From: the human T2T-CHM13v2.0 reference genome, Homo sapiens
Length of the DNA: 64,000 bases
Assembly (NCBI RefSeq): GCF_009914755.1
Contig: NC_060926.1
Direction: 5' to 3' (one strand)
The position numbers and the translations under genes were made by a program. Positions 19,144 through 34,197 of the stretch are shown here, piece after piece. The notes beneath the pieces were generated by a model that saw only the letters and a list, made by a program, of their open reading frames with translations, was not told the DNA's origin and searched no databases. The stretch's first letter is position 1, and each line of letters begins with the position of its first letter.

Positions 19144-20870
19144 TTAAGTCATTCTGGAAAGCTATGAAAGACTAGCCATGTTTATAAGAAAGTAAGGGGA
19201 AATTAATGAAACCAAAGAAGAAGACAATGGAGAAAGATAAATATTTAAGGAAAAGGGTAACATTGAGGGTTTGTTTTTTTCCCAATTCCACGAGGCTTTC
19301 CTTTCTCTAAGAGAAGTCTCTTCTCTCAACTTCTTGTTAGAAGGCAGATTATCTCCGGCAGAGACTCACAAACTCTGCCTCTACCATCTTCAGTTCTCTA
19401 AGTGCCAAAGAATGTGATGGGAGGTTTCTCTTTTGTTTCTTCTGGATGAAGTGGAAAAAAAAATATCATATGTTTGGTGAGATTCTCAATGAAGTGTCAT
19501 TTCTACAGAAAAAAATTTTTTTAAGAACCACTACTTGTTAACATTAGAATTGGCCAACAACACATATCCCATATGTATTCCTGAATGAGTTTCACTGAGA
19601 TATATTATAAAGATAACAAACATAAAAAGCACCCATTTTTTTTTTCCAAGATCCACTCCTAAGGCTCAATAGGCATCCACTCTTGAGTAGACCAGGAAAT
19701 GTTTATATCTCCTTTTTCAACTTATTGATTGCATTAACCTCATACACTATCGTGTTCTCTCACCTATATCATAATACAGAATACTATTTTTAATTTTACT
19801 GTTTTATTTATGTTTCTTCGATGCAAATTTATTATAAATTATTTGTAGGGAAATTCATATTATGGTGCATTTCTTTTGTGCTGCCAAATACACAGGAGCC
19901 CATAAGTCTATTAAAACACAGGTACTTATCTAATACATTCATGTATTAACATACATGTACATTAATGTTTTGTTTAAAAATCTAGAACTAAAGGATCACA
20001 CCATATCTGCCTTACAGAAGGTTAATATTTCTCTCATTCCAAGGGCTGCTAATATAAATAACAAAATATTTGATGCAATTGAATCTAAACAGATCCAAAT
20101 GCTTTCCTAATATAATAATTTTTAGAATTTTAGGCTTAGAAGGCACCTTGCAAACTGTTCGAACTAGTTAGCTTAGTTTTCTTTCATTTTTTCATATGAA
20201 AAGTCTGAAGATCATAGATATTTAATGATTTGATCATGGTGGGGGATTATTAGCAGCAGATCCAGAATTAATATCCAAACCTTCTTATTCTTTATTGCTA
20301 ATATGAAGCTCTGTCTTCTTAGTCTAATATTCCTCCCACATTGCAAAAGGTATTATACTTATTTTTTAAAACTAGAGATTTAAAAATATATTTTTAAAAT
20401 ATAGTTGGCAATAATCACATCTCTTATAAACAATCAATATTTTTTATATATAGCTCCAGCATTTATATATTATAGCTTAATGTTCAAGTGAATATCTCTC
20501 TTCTTATTTGCATGGTTTTGATTGTCTTTGCTATGGGAATATTAAATGTAAAAGGAAGATTCTGGCTATTGTAATGGGCTTAAAGTTATTTTTAACAGAA
20601 ATATATTGCATAAGAATATTTAAATAATAATAAGCCATGTAGCTTTTTCTTACACAGAAACCCAAAATATTCCACAGGTTTAAGAAATGCTTCAATCTGA
20701 GCAGAAATAGGAAGCTTTGACCTTCACCCATTGTCTCCTCTCACACTGAGCTTCAAAAACGTCTTAGAGTAACTCTGGAGCTGTGGGAACTTGGTTTAAA
20801 AGCCATTACCACAGGGGGGTCTGTAGCTGATGCATGTTGATGATGCTTTCAGTCTTCGTTCTGACCCTTT

Positions 20871-20903
20871 TATAAAAGTTCTGCTCTTTCACTACACTCA
20901 GTT
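20871..20903 (+). promoter_or_regulatory. Candidate Pol II core promoter (TATA + Inr)
   Basis: TATAAAAG at 20871-20878 and Inr-like TCAGTT with its A at 20900 (TATA starts at -29); motif evidence only. Confidence 0.3.
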
Positions 20904-21932
20904 TGCACGGAAAGGTGATGCTGAAGCCGAGCTTGACCTATAGCCATGGACAGCTTTCTGTTGCCAAGGTCATTGAGGTAGTTTCTTCTTCAGGGTATGT
21001 GGGAGTTACAGAACAGAAAGAAAAAGGATTCTGTAGTAGCAAATTCTTCTTACATCAAAATTGGCAGATTTCATAATTTTACCTGAAATATGTTGTCATG
21101 ACATTTCCAGTAAGACTAATAAAACAACATGAAACATTTCATACCCACTTCTTCTTGTCCTTAAAAATGATTCAGACCTAAATGATATAAATCATATAAC
21201 AAATTTTTAAATTATATCATTAATTTATTATATCTTAAAGCAACTGTTTTAATAGGTGGAATTTGCCCTTCTTAGGGATATTTAGAATATTTTTTAAAAC
21301 CAATAAAAATATATTAAACAATAATTAAAGCCTGCTCTCTTGTTCCAATATCTAACTATTACTTCAACATCTCTTCCATGAATTACTCGTCGTTTACATG
21401 AACTACTGCCTGAAAAATACTCTTGAAACTACACATAATTATAAAGAAAGCAATAGTATAAGTCTAGGGCTCCAAATTCCTGCATATTCATGGGTATTAA
21501 TCAATTTAAAACTAAAGACATTGATAATTAAATATGTAAAAATTAAAATACATTTAAAACTCTATTAAGAATATGTATGCTACAGATTTGAAAGGTAAAT
21601 AAAAATATTTATCCATGGAACCAATCAGTCTCTTTAGGTCAGCCACAGAGTTTCTCTATCTCAGGATGAAGGCACATAATTTTATGTAGCATCTAGGTTA
21701 GGGAATAAAGAAAAAAGAAGTGTCCTGTAAAGATTTAGTAGCCAACTCATCCTTTGTACTGATAGTATGACTTTTTCCTAGGAAACTAAACATATTGCTA
21801 ACTTTATCTCAAATTCACCACCAGATCAGAGAGGGAAGATGCCTCTTAGATGAAGAAACTAGTCCCTGATAAGATTCTATAATAAAAACCATACATTCTA
21901 AACCCCAGTTAATTCTTCATACTTCTTCACAC

Positions 21933-22374
21933 TGTTATCAAAACACCAAGGGGTTCAGTCTAGGCCCTGCTGCTCGCTGCACAGAAATCCAATGACTGAG
22001 ACAATGAGTGAAACAATGAGTAGTGCCAAGGAAGAAAGTGTTAATCAAGTGCTGCAGCCAGTCTCAAATCCATCTCTGTGGGAGACTAAAACTTGGGGCT
22101 TATATAGCAGAGAAGAAATCAAACAATGTGTAAGAAAACAGGAACTAGGGAGGGGAAAGGAAGCAATCATCGTGAGTGAAGTGTTCAACATCATTGTTCG
22201 GATATAGTGATCTGTTGAGTTTCAGTTCTTTGATACTCTTTTTGAGAAGTCTGAAGGTCATTTCCTAAGAAAGAAACTCAGATAAAACAAATATGTTTCA
22301 AGTTTTAAGACCATAATTGTCCATTTCTATGTTTATCCAATAAAACTATCTATAGGACTATTGACTTGGTTTCA
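21933..22374 (-). mobile_element. ERV1 (MER4-group) solo LTR
   Basis: TG...CA termini; aaacaccaaggggttcagtctaggccctgctgctcgctgcacaga resembles the reverse 3' end of MER4-group LTRs; subfamily not resolved. Confidence 0.75.
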
Positions 22375-22419
22375 ACATCACCAAAGCCATCTAAACCATT
22401 TGAATTAAAAAATTATTCA

Positions 22420-22820
22420 AAAGCAATTGGTTCAAAACAACAATGAGATACCACTTTTCTAACAGTATTTATTTCATTTTAAACAATGGCTTAGTTTTGA
22501 AAATTTGGAAATTTTTTTATTGTAAAAAAATAAATTACTGGTAATCACATCCTCTATAACGACTATAATCAAAATGAGAGTAATAAGAAGTGTTGACAAG
22601 GCCATGGATAAATTTGGCCCGTTATATACTGGAAATGTAAAATGGTATGACCACTGTTGCAATCAGTTCCTTTAAGTGGAAGGCATAAAATTAGCAGAAG
22701 AATAAACAATTTCATTTATTGTAACTGTGCAAAAACAAAACAAAACACTGAATTGTACATTTAGAATGGGTGAATTCTATGGTATATAACTTATATCTCA
22801 ATAAAGCTATATTAAAAAAA
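22420..22820 (+). mobile_element. Old L1M 3' fragments
   Basis: caatgagataccac; ctgaattgtacatttagaatgggtgaattctatggtat...tatctcaataaagct plus A tail. Confidence 0.7.
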
Positions 22821-23616
22821 GTAGTTGATGTTAGCAAAGTAAATGCCCATTTCTTTCACATATTTTAACTTACTGGGAAAACAACAAACTCAGAAGTGAT
22901 TAACTACATCACTGAAATCAAACTATAAATTGAAAAGTTACATTTTCTTGAAATGGTCTCCAGTTAATACCAAACCACCTGGAATTAAAAGTCAAAATAA
23001 TTTTACCAACAACTCAAATTGATCTAGAAAGTAAGATGTTATCATCATGAAGACAGAATGGAGAAGAAAACTAAAAGACTGCTTGGATAGCCCCATATAT
23101 TCCAGAAATTGGATCTCTGTTACTTAGGGAATTAACATGGCTGTTTTGGGAAGATTTTAATCTGGATTTTTGGTTCCAGCATAACATCAGAATCTGACAT
23201 TTTTTATGTGCTATACAACGATTTGGAGATTTTTTTTCTCCCGAAGTTCTTTAAAGGAAAACCAATAGGAAGGAGTACAGAGTTACTTTTTAGATGCCTG
23301 GTTGATTTCTTTCATCATAACCTTTAGGCCATCTCCAAGGATACACACTTGCTATGTAAAGTCCGAGTGATTTTTATGATCAAAAAGCCAAGTTTCCATC
23401 CAGAATTGACATATCTACACCCCATTGCCAATTTACTTTAGAAAATTGGAATATTAGAATTCATTAGGATTTCTTCAAAAAGAATTATTACCAAAGTCCT
23501 TTCAGAAAATATTCGATTATGGGTTGAAAATACACGAAAACAACAAATGTTTTGCAGGTTGTGTCTGAATACTTTAAATGCACAAGTGTCTTTGTTCAGC
23601 CTGATTTTGAAAGTTA

Positions 23617-24021
<405 letters not shown>

Positions 24022-25326
24022 TTATATTTAAAAATACACTAAGAGATCTAAAAGTAAAAACCACAGAATTTGAATACCAATTTTTACCTATGTGATTTTG
24101 GACAAAGTATTTAATCTTTATCCCAATCCTCACCTGAAAAAAATAGGATTAATAGTATTACCTTACACACATTTGAAAAACAATGCCAAATGAATCTAAA
24201 CAATCAACATTAAGCCCGTTCTAAAGGTCACTGAAATGAGTCAAGCCTCCACTCCAATTATACTAGTAGTATTTGAAAACAATAGTTTCTTTTCTCTTCA
24301 TACCAACAGCATATGTATGATAATTCTAGATTAATAAAGATGCTCTTAATCATATGATACTAATATGAAAATGTAAGGCTTGCAACATTTATATAAATAT
24401 TGATCAAAGAGTAGATGGAATCCATTGGCAGTTCAAAAAGATATAAACCCTACTTAATCTTTTGAGTGTCACTTCAAATGGTAGCTGACTTATTAAAGGG
24501 GGACCTGTGGTCAGAGAGAATGAACCTTAATGAAAATTAATTTCTAAGTCAAGATTGGTATTAAATAGATCTACTCAAAACAATGAATGAGGCCTCATAT
24601 TTGTATTCACTTCTATTAATAAGTATCAACATTCTCATTATAGAGAGAAAGCTTTAGAAAATATTGTCGATGGTCAACATGTAAAAAAAAAAGGATAAAA
24701 TTCCAAGGTATAAATTATTTCCCCTACCATACAATCTTCAAGTACATTTTTACTGAGGAAGATGTCAAATGATACTTGGTAAATATGAAAACCCCTTCTC
24801 ACAACATTAAAATGACAACCCAGATCAGATTGTAGAGTTATATTTTCTAAATAAGAAGTAGCTAGATTAAAAAATAGGTATGTATTACTTGATCTAAATG
24901 TGGGTAAAAACCTCTCTAAGCAATAAAACAAAGGGAAAAATTATTTTAAACAACAGAAAAAAGTTACTATACTAACTTAACTTATAAATTTTTTAAAACT
25001 CTATAAAATAGTAGTCAAATACAAATGTGCAGAAAATTATTTTAAATCTATGTCACGTAAAATGAGTTAAAAATTTAATTCAACTGAAAAATTGAATAGA
25101 ACATTTATTGAGGTTTTAAAAGTCAATTAAAGTGATGGAAAAACAGATAAAGAAGAAAATCAAAGAATATACAAATGGCTAATACACTTATAAAATATTT
25201 AAGCTAATTGATCATGTTAAAGTCTTAAAGTTTATGTTGCAATTAGCAAAGAGATTTTACATAAAAATGCATAGAATTAAAAATGTGAGAAGAGAAAAAT
25301 TACCCACGGACCAGGTGCAATGCTAA

Positions 25327-25770
25327 TTTTTAAAGTTCTATAGAGATATGATTCATATTTCATACAATTCACTTATGTTAAGTGTATAACATTTTAAATG
25401 GTTAAATTGTTTTTAAAATATTCAGAGATATGTGCAGCCACCACCACAGCCAATTTTAGAACATTTTAATCACTTCTAGAAGAAATCCCATACTCTTTAA
25501 CTACAACCCTCAGAATTCCCCATCCCCACCCTCCAGCCTTAATCAACCACTGATCTATGATCTATCTCTATAGATTGTCCCTATTCTGGACTTTCATATG
25601 AATGGAATCATGTAGTTTGTGGTCTTTTGTGACTGGCTTCTTTCAGTTAGCAAAATGTTTTCAAGGTTCACCATGTTGTTGTATCTATCAGTACATTATT
25701 CCTGTTTATGGTTGAATAATATTCTCTTCTACGAATAGATACCATATTTTGTTATCCATTCATCTATTGG
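25327..25770 (-). mobile_element. L1MB-type 3' end
   Basis: gagatatgattcata...catacaattcac...aagtgtata; tggactttcatatgaatggaatcat...ttttgtgactggcttctttca. Confidence 0.8.
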
Positions 25771-25780
25771 TAAATGTTTT

Positions 25781-27213
25781 ATAAATTTATTTCTAATTTT
25801 TAATTTTTGTGGATACATAGTAAGTATATATGTTTATGGGATACATGAGATATTATGATGCAGGCATACAATGCATAATAATCACATCAGAATACATGGG
25901 GTATCCATCATCTCAAGCCTTTATCCTTTCTTTGTATTACAAACAACACAATTATACTCTTTTAGTTGTTTTAAAATGTACAATAAATTATAGTTGACTA
26001 TAGTCACCCTGTTGTGCTGTCAAACACTAGATCTTATTCATTCTCTTTAACTATAGTTTTGTATCTATTAACCATTCTCATTCCCTCTCACCATTACCCT
26101 TCCCAGCCTCTGCTAACCATCATTCTACTTTCTATCTCTATGAGCAATTGTTTTAATTTTTAACTCCCACAGAAGTGTAAGAACATGCAAAGTCTGTCTT
26201 TCTGTACCTGGCTTTTTTCACTTAACATAATAACCTCCAGCTCCATTCATGTTGTTGCAAATTACAGGATCTCATCATTTTTTATGGCTGAATAGTACTC
26301 CATTGTGTATACTACATTTTCTTCATCCATTTGTCTGTTGATGAATACTTAGGTTACTTCTAAATCTGGGCCATTCTGAATAGTGTTTTAATTAACATCA
26401 GCTTGCAGATACCTCTTTGATACACTGATTTCCTTTCTTTTTAGTATGTATCTGGCAGTGGGATTGCTGTATCATATTGCTGTTCTATTTTTAGTTTTTT
26501 GAGGAATCTCCAAACTGTTCTCCACAGTGGCTGTACTAATTTGCATTCCCACCAACATTGTATGAGGGTTCACTTTTCTCCACATCCTCTCCAGCATATA
26601 AGCCATTTTAATTGGGGTGAGATGGTATCTCATTATAGTTTTGATTTGCATTTCTCTGATGATCAGTGATGTTGAGCACCTTTTCTTGTACCTGCTTGCT
26701 ATTTGTATGTATTCTTTTGAGAAATGTCTATTCAGTTCTTTCACTCATTTTTAATCAAATTATTTGTTGTTTTTTTTTCCTATAAAGTTGTTTGAGCTCC
26801 TTCTATATTCTGGTTACTAATCCCTTGTCAGATGGATAGTTTGCGTGAATTTTCTCCCATTCTGTGTGTTGTCTCTTAACTTTGTTGGTTGTATCCTTTG
26901 CTATGCAGAAACTTTTCAATTTGATGTGATTCCATTTGTCCATTTTTGCTTAGACTGCCTATGCCTGTAGGATATTACTTAAGAAATATTTGCCCTGAAC
27001 AATGTCCTGGAGAGTTTCCCCAATATTTTCTTTTGGTAATTCTATAGATTGAGGTCTTAGATTTTAATCCATTTTTATTTTATTTTTGTATATGGGAGAG
27101 ACAGGGCTGTAGTTTTTATTCTTCTGCATATGGTTTTCTTCTTCATATCTTCTGCATATCCAGTTTTCTCAGCACCATGTGTTGAAGAGGTTGTCTTTTC
27201 CCCAGTGTATGTT
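25781..27213 (-). mobile_element. L1MA-type 5'-truncated LINE-1
   Basis: ORF 26472-26744 matches the ORF2p C-terminus ([23 protein letters not shown]); TSD ctattggtaaatgtttt / ctgttgctaaatgtttt. Confidence 0.88.
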
Positions 27214-27390
27214 CTGTTGCTAAATGTTTTTCATGTATTATCTCCTTTAATTCTATTCAGAATCCTGTGATATTCCCCCATTTTACTTGAAAAATGGAAG
27301 TAACTTGGTATAATACAATGGATTAGTTGGTGGAGTTGCTGAGATTTAAATGTGTACTGCCTGCCTATCTCTAGAACCCATATTCTGCAA
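27214..27390 (-). mobile_element. MIR
   Basis: catgtattatctcctttaattct...cccattttac...gagatttaaa. Confidence 0.65.
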
Positions 27391-28730
27391 CACTAGGTTC
27401 CACCTCCTTAAATATGTTAATCATAAGTTGACCAATAATTCCACTTCCAGGAATTTTTAAGAAGAAAATAAATACTTACAGAAATATTGGTATACAATTA
27501 TTATATATAAGATCATTTTTAGAAGTGAAAATTTGAGCATAATTTTATCATATAATGACTGTGGACTTGTTAAATTAAGGCACGTCAATACCATGACATA
27601 TCATGCAGTTATAAAAATAATTTTCCAAAAACTAATAAAATAGAAAATTGAAGAGGTCATAGTTTTAAATGTAAAGAAACATTGTGCAATACTATACATA
27701 ACTATGTACAGCAGATTCAATAGTTCACATGTTCATCATTTAAAAAATAGATATAATTTTGACTTCATGGGGATGTTAAAATTAATTATGTTTATATATG
27801 CAATGTGCTACAGTAGTTTATGTACACCTTATATAACTGTTGGGCACGTGTGCACAGACACAAACACCAAAAGACACACAGATAAACATAAAAATTCAGA
27901 GCAGAAAGATTGTGGGTGATCTTGATACTCCTTCATATTTTTCTATATTTTCCACATATTCAAAAGAAATCCAAAAACATCCAAGTTTGTGTAAAGAAAT
28001 GTTTTAACATAAAGTAGTGACACAACAAAACAAAGAGAAACGTTTTATTCAATCTTTGTTCCACGGGATTTGGGCATTTTAGCTAAAGTAACCACTTCAG
28101 GTTTATCATGGAACATGAGGGTAGAGAGATAAAAATCATTCCAAAACTCTGTCTAACCTATATCCCTAAGTGTGAAAAAGTGATTTCTGTTTATAGACCT
28201 GGGCCTGTTTTGAAAAGTAGATAATCAAAATGATCCCATTTAGAAACAGATGCTTAGCAATCTTGAAATGAGCGGTAGGATATGCGGCAGAATTCTTTGC
28301 CACTGTCAGATGTTGCTTATTAACCCCCCACCTAGCTAAGTATGCCATTAGACTACAGAATAGTCTGCAAAACTACTGTCTTCCCAAGAAACAAGTTGTT
28401 GACATGTCAGCTGCAGAAGACAGTTTTCTAAAATCACTCATACGGTCTTCTTTTTAATAGTCCATACTTAATTAACACTCTTTGTCCTTCCATTTTATAC
28501 AATATAAGACAGTTGTCATGAACTGATTTAACTTGCTCTAAACAGCATTTCACTAGAAACTAAAAGCTTTCATATCACTTTTGCATCATGCAGATACACA
28601 AAAAGAAAAAAGGAGTCTCCTGAGAGGAATTCATTTTCACATAACCACCTGCCTATCAACTGACATGCCAACATTAGCATAGGAGGCACTTTCATGGTTG
28701 AGACTTAGAATGACGCATTCCACTTCTTTT

Positions 28731-29036
<306 letters not shown>

Positions 29037-29056
29037 CCACTTCTTTTTCTAAATAA

Positions 29057-29738
<682 letters not shown>

Positions 29739-30811
29739 TATATTCTCATCACGAAAACATTATACAAAAAAGTATAAGAATTAAAATGAAGATAAGTCTT
29801 ATGCCACTACTCAGAGCTGACAAATATGAACAATTTTGGTGAACATTTTTTACTGGTTTTTCCTATAGTTACATATGCCTAAAGGATGAATAAGCATGCA
29901 CTTTTTTGTCATTTATTTTTACTGCATTTAATACTGTATCATGAACTTCTTTCACTGTAAATATAGATTATGTCATTAAAATAAAATATTGTGTATGTGC
30001 ACTATAATGTATGCAAACAAATCTCTGTTTTTTAAAGATATTTAGGTTGTTTTAAAGTCACCACTATAAACAACACTGTGATAAATATCCTTATACATAC
30101 ACACCATTATTTCAGTAGGATTGATTTTAGGCCCAGGTTGGTAAGTAGGATAGCATGACTATATTAAATTTTGGCACTTATTTTTCAAATCGCCTTGCAA
30201 AAGGACAGCACCAATTTACATCTCCATATACAGTATAAACAGTGCTCATTTTCTCACACCGTCATCAGCATTGAGTATTAACAATCTTTTAAATATTTTG
30301 CACAAGCGAAGTACAAGACAAAAAGAAATCATCTTTTACTATATAATAACCTAGAGGGCTTAAATGTATCAGACAATAGAGTAACTTAGGGAAAGAAATC
30401 TAAGGAGAGGACAATGTAGCTTGTTTCCTATTTATAATTTTTTAAAACAAAGTCTGTTTCAATTGATGATTAAGTGATACATTATTTTCTATTGGATTTT
30501 TAAAATGAGGGAAGCATTGGTGAATATCTGTGGGACAAAATTCCTTCAATATCCAGATCTCAAAATGAATTAATATATGAGAAGTTGTATCAGATACACT
30601 AAAAAACTACTTCCAAGTTGTACAACAAAATTAATTCATTTTTTAAGAAGTGCAAAGACACAAACTTCTCAGGAAAAGTATATATATTTGTGTGCTGGGG
30701 ATGATTAGCTGTGGTAGATTGAAAGGAGGGGTGACAATAGGATGAGAGAAATTGACTGAAGATGTCTGTTTCTTAATTTACCTACTATTTGATCTTGATA
30801 AAAAAGACACA

Positions 30812-30985
30812 GACTTTTTCTGTATCTCAGAGATTTTACAGGTGAAATGAGAACAATTTTTTAACCAATATTTCAGGATACAGTGAGAATAAATTAGCTT
30901 GACTTTTTCTGTGTCTTAGACAATTTATAGGTGAAATGAGAATAATTTAACCAATATCACAAGGTACTGTGAGATTTAAATGAGT
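30812..30985 (+). repeat. 89-bp tandem duplication of a MIR-like core
   Basis: gactttttctgt...aggtgaaatgagaa...aaccaatat...gtgaga at 30812 and 30901. Confidence 0.8.
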
Positions 30986-31169
30986 TATCATACATTACAA
31001 TGATCAGTACAGTCCTAAAAAATAATAGTGCATAACTATTAGTTTAACTTTAATAAAAGTGGGTTCTCATAATTTCATTCATTCATTCAACAAATGTTTC
31101 GTGTGTACATTTATTACTGTTTTAGTATTAATCTCATTTGACTCTATTCTGCAAAAACATTGGGGGAAA

Positions 31170-31340
31170 TACAGATTCTGTTCAAATTGCAGTTCTGCCC
31201 CTTAATAATCTGTCCACTCTTTAAGTTTCTCACCTCCAAAATGGTAATTTTCATTCCTATTTCAAAGAGTAGTTGTAAGAATTAAATGAAGTAATGCATC
31301 TAAAGAACTGAGTGTGATGCACATAGTCAGTGCTCAATCA
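31170..31340 (+). mobile_element. MIR
   Basis: gttcaaattgcagttctgcc...gttgtaagaattaaatga...cacatagtcagtgctcaat. Confidence 0.7.
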
Positions 31341-32571
31341 TCTTGGTGGTGGTGGTGGTGGGTCGTCAAAGTTACCATCCCACTGCCTCCCACAGAGCTG
31401 GAGCCAATCAACGTCTATTTACTTCCTTCTTACTTTTTCTCTTTGGTTCATAGTCAAAGATTATACCATATACCTGGCAAGCCATTACAGGAATAGAGGA
31501 CCCACCAGAAAACCTAAATGACATGGTGAGAATTAATCAGCTAGAAAAGTTTCTAACCAAAACAAAAAAATAAAAATATGTATTTTTCTAAGAACCACCC
31601 ATTATTTATTAACATACATGATGAACATATAGGAAAATAATAAAATATAAATAGACTATGAGAGAATGTGCCATGATTACCAGAAAACCCCAAATAAAAA
31701 TTTCATTGAAAATAATAATTATTTTTAAAATAGTTACTCCTCTCACCACCACAAAAGAAAAAAAAATAAACCTACACTTTCAGTATAGTACTTTGCTCTT
31801 TAAGGAAAATATAAGAGTCATAATTAAGTAATCATAATTTTTGAAAGGCATAATCTATTCTAAGTTCAAATCCATTAATTTCAAAATAACAATTCTTATA
31901 GTTTTATGTATCTTATTCATAATGACAACATATTTGACAACCATTATTTTATACTCTAAAACCACAGTCATTGATATTTAATCTAAATCATTATAGCAAA
32001 AGAACAGTAAAGTGATTCTAGAATTCAAATGTCTTTAAAGTTTGGATTAGCTGTCTTCAAGGGAGAAAACAAAGCCCCAATTTATTTATGGAAATATTGC
32101 CTTTGTAAAGGTCAAGGGTGAATCCCCACAGAATCAGTTGTTCAGCTAGCCCCAGAAATTGTTTTTACCCTTTTAACTTTCTCATTCTGAGCCACAATGG
32201 GACTGGGTCATAGGACAAAAAGGCACTAACGAGGACTGTCTCTATAGTTTCATAGAAGAAGAGAGATGGATGACTTGGCAGGGCAGCTGTGACATTATGA
32301 GCATTAGCCAAACAACTTTGTGGACTGTTTTCAGGAGAGGAAGAGGTACAGTTCTCTGGAAATAAAAACCTCAGATTTGCCTGAGTATACGTGGTCTCAC
32401 CTGCTTTCTCCTGACATTCTAGCATTTGAATTTGTTCATGCAGCAGTAATATGATTGTCAGTTATGTGAAAAATGCATTCTGAATAACTGCTGGGTGTGA
32501 AAAACAGTTTCAGTATTTGAAGACTCTTAAGGTGGAAATACTCAATTCTTTCATCTAAGAGACTGATATGC

Positions 32572-33039
32572 TAAGGGAGGAGACCACCCCTCATATTGTC
32601 TTATGCCCAATTTCTGCCTCCAAAGAAAGAAGAAGTAAAAATTAAAAGGCAGAAATGGAATCTACAGGCAGATAGCCCAGCACCGCGCCCTGGGCCTGTT
32701 AGTTAAAAATCATCTCCTGACCTAACTGCTTGTGTTATCTATAGATTTCAGACATTGTATGGAATAGCATCGTGAAAATCCCTTTCCTGTTCTGTTCCAT
32801 TCTGATTACCGGTGCATGCAGCCCCCAGTCATGTACCCCTGCTTGCTCAATTGCTCATGACCCTCTCACATGGACCCCCTTAGAGTTGTAAGCCCTTAAA
32901 AGGGACAGGAATTGCTCACTCACTCGGGGAGCTCGGTTTTTTGGAAATGTGAGTCCGTGGATGCTCCCAGCTGAATAAAACCCTTTCCTTCTACAACTCA
33001 GTGTCTGAGGGGTTCTTGTCTGTGGCTCGCCCTGCTACA
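32572..33039 (+). mobile_element. LTR2-family (HERV-E) solo LTR
   Basis: TAAGGGAGGAGACCACCCCTCATATTGTCTTATGCCC start, AATAAA, ends CCTGCTACA; 4-bp TSD ATGC. Confidence 0.9.
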
Positions 33040-34197
33040 ATGCAAGTTGCTACTATGTAGTTCTCATCTTCAATAAAATGGATGGTGGTGGCTAAATAAT
33101 ATATTTACTTTATGAATTTGACTTCTACATCAAAACCTTGTCCCAATTTTTGTAAAGGAAATTTGAAGCATGTCATCAATTTAATAATTCAGGAAACATT
33201 TGAGTGATTATTAATAATCTTGATAAATCATAAATGGAGTTTAGACATAGAAATGCTACATAATATTAAAAATTTTTCCCCTAATGTGAATTTAGGGAGA
33301 TTCAGCCCTATCTTCTTTCACTTGAGATCATAGACTTATTCATAGCATCTAAACTGTTAGGAATTTAGATTAGGTTTAAGGGAGTTTACTCTACTTCCCC
33401 TCATACTGTTCCCTTGATACAACTATAGATAGAAATCAGGACAAGGAAATGGGCTGAAATGTCAAATCAGCTTTAGAGGCTGTTGACTGTGCACACGGAA
33501 TCAGCGTGGGTGAGAGCCGGTAATTTCCATAGGAGGAAAAGCAGGCAGAGGTCAAGGACTGAGCTAAAAGATCTTACCGCCACCTAGTTGGTGAGGACAG
33601 TTTAGCACCCCAATAGTAGGGGATGGGGGAGATAAAATTTAATCCTCAAAGGCAAAACACAATCTGTTAAGTAGAAAAGGCCTGCCCTCTTTGTTGTGCA
33701 GTAGAAATGAATAATCTTTACTCTCCTAGAGTTTTCTGAAAAACCTAAAAATTTACATTTCTCTTTCTTTGGGGCTTTGTGGCTTCTTCTCATTCTTAGG
33801 AGTCCCAACATACTATTTGGGGAAAGGATTCATCTTTCTTTTTTACCTTCAGATTGATTTTCTAAGAGATTTTCTCCTCAGTCCATGGGCAGAAGTGTAT
33901 GTCAGAGCCAGAACCCTGTTTTACCTAGACAAACCTGCCATAAAATAGCAGACCTTTCTATAATACAATAAGGGACTAAATATCAGGAGAAAACTAAGAA
34001 AGTGCATTCCAGTATAAGTCACTAACCATATCCCTTCTTTCAAGATTCTGCCTCTTATGAGCTATCAAAATCAAAAGTAACTGTCTTAAACACCTGTTAC
34101 TAAAATAGGAGGAACTTCATTACTTCCAGTTGAAAATATACTAATAAAAAAGGAACAATATATTAAACAGTAAAGATAGGTACTGGTTTATAGTTGT

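Noticed and set aside
20838-20864. TGATGA...CTGA as a C/D box snoRNA
   Set aside because: Spacing far too short and no terminal stem
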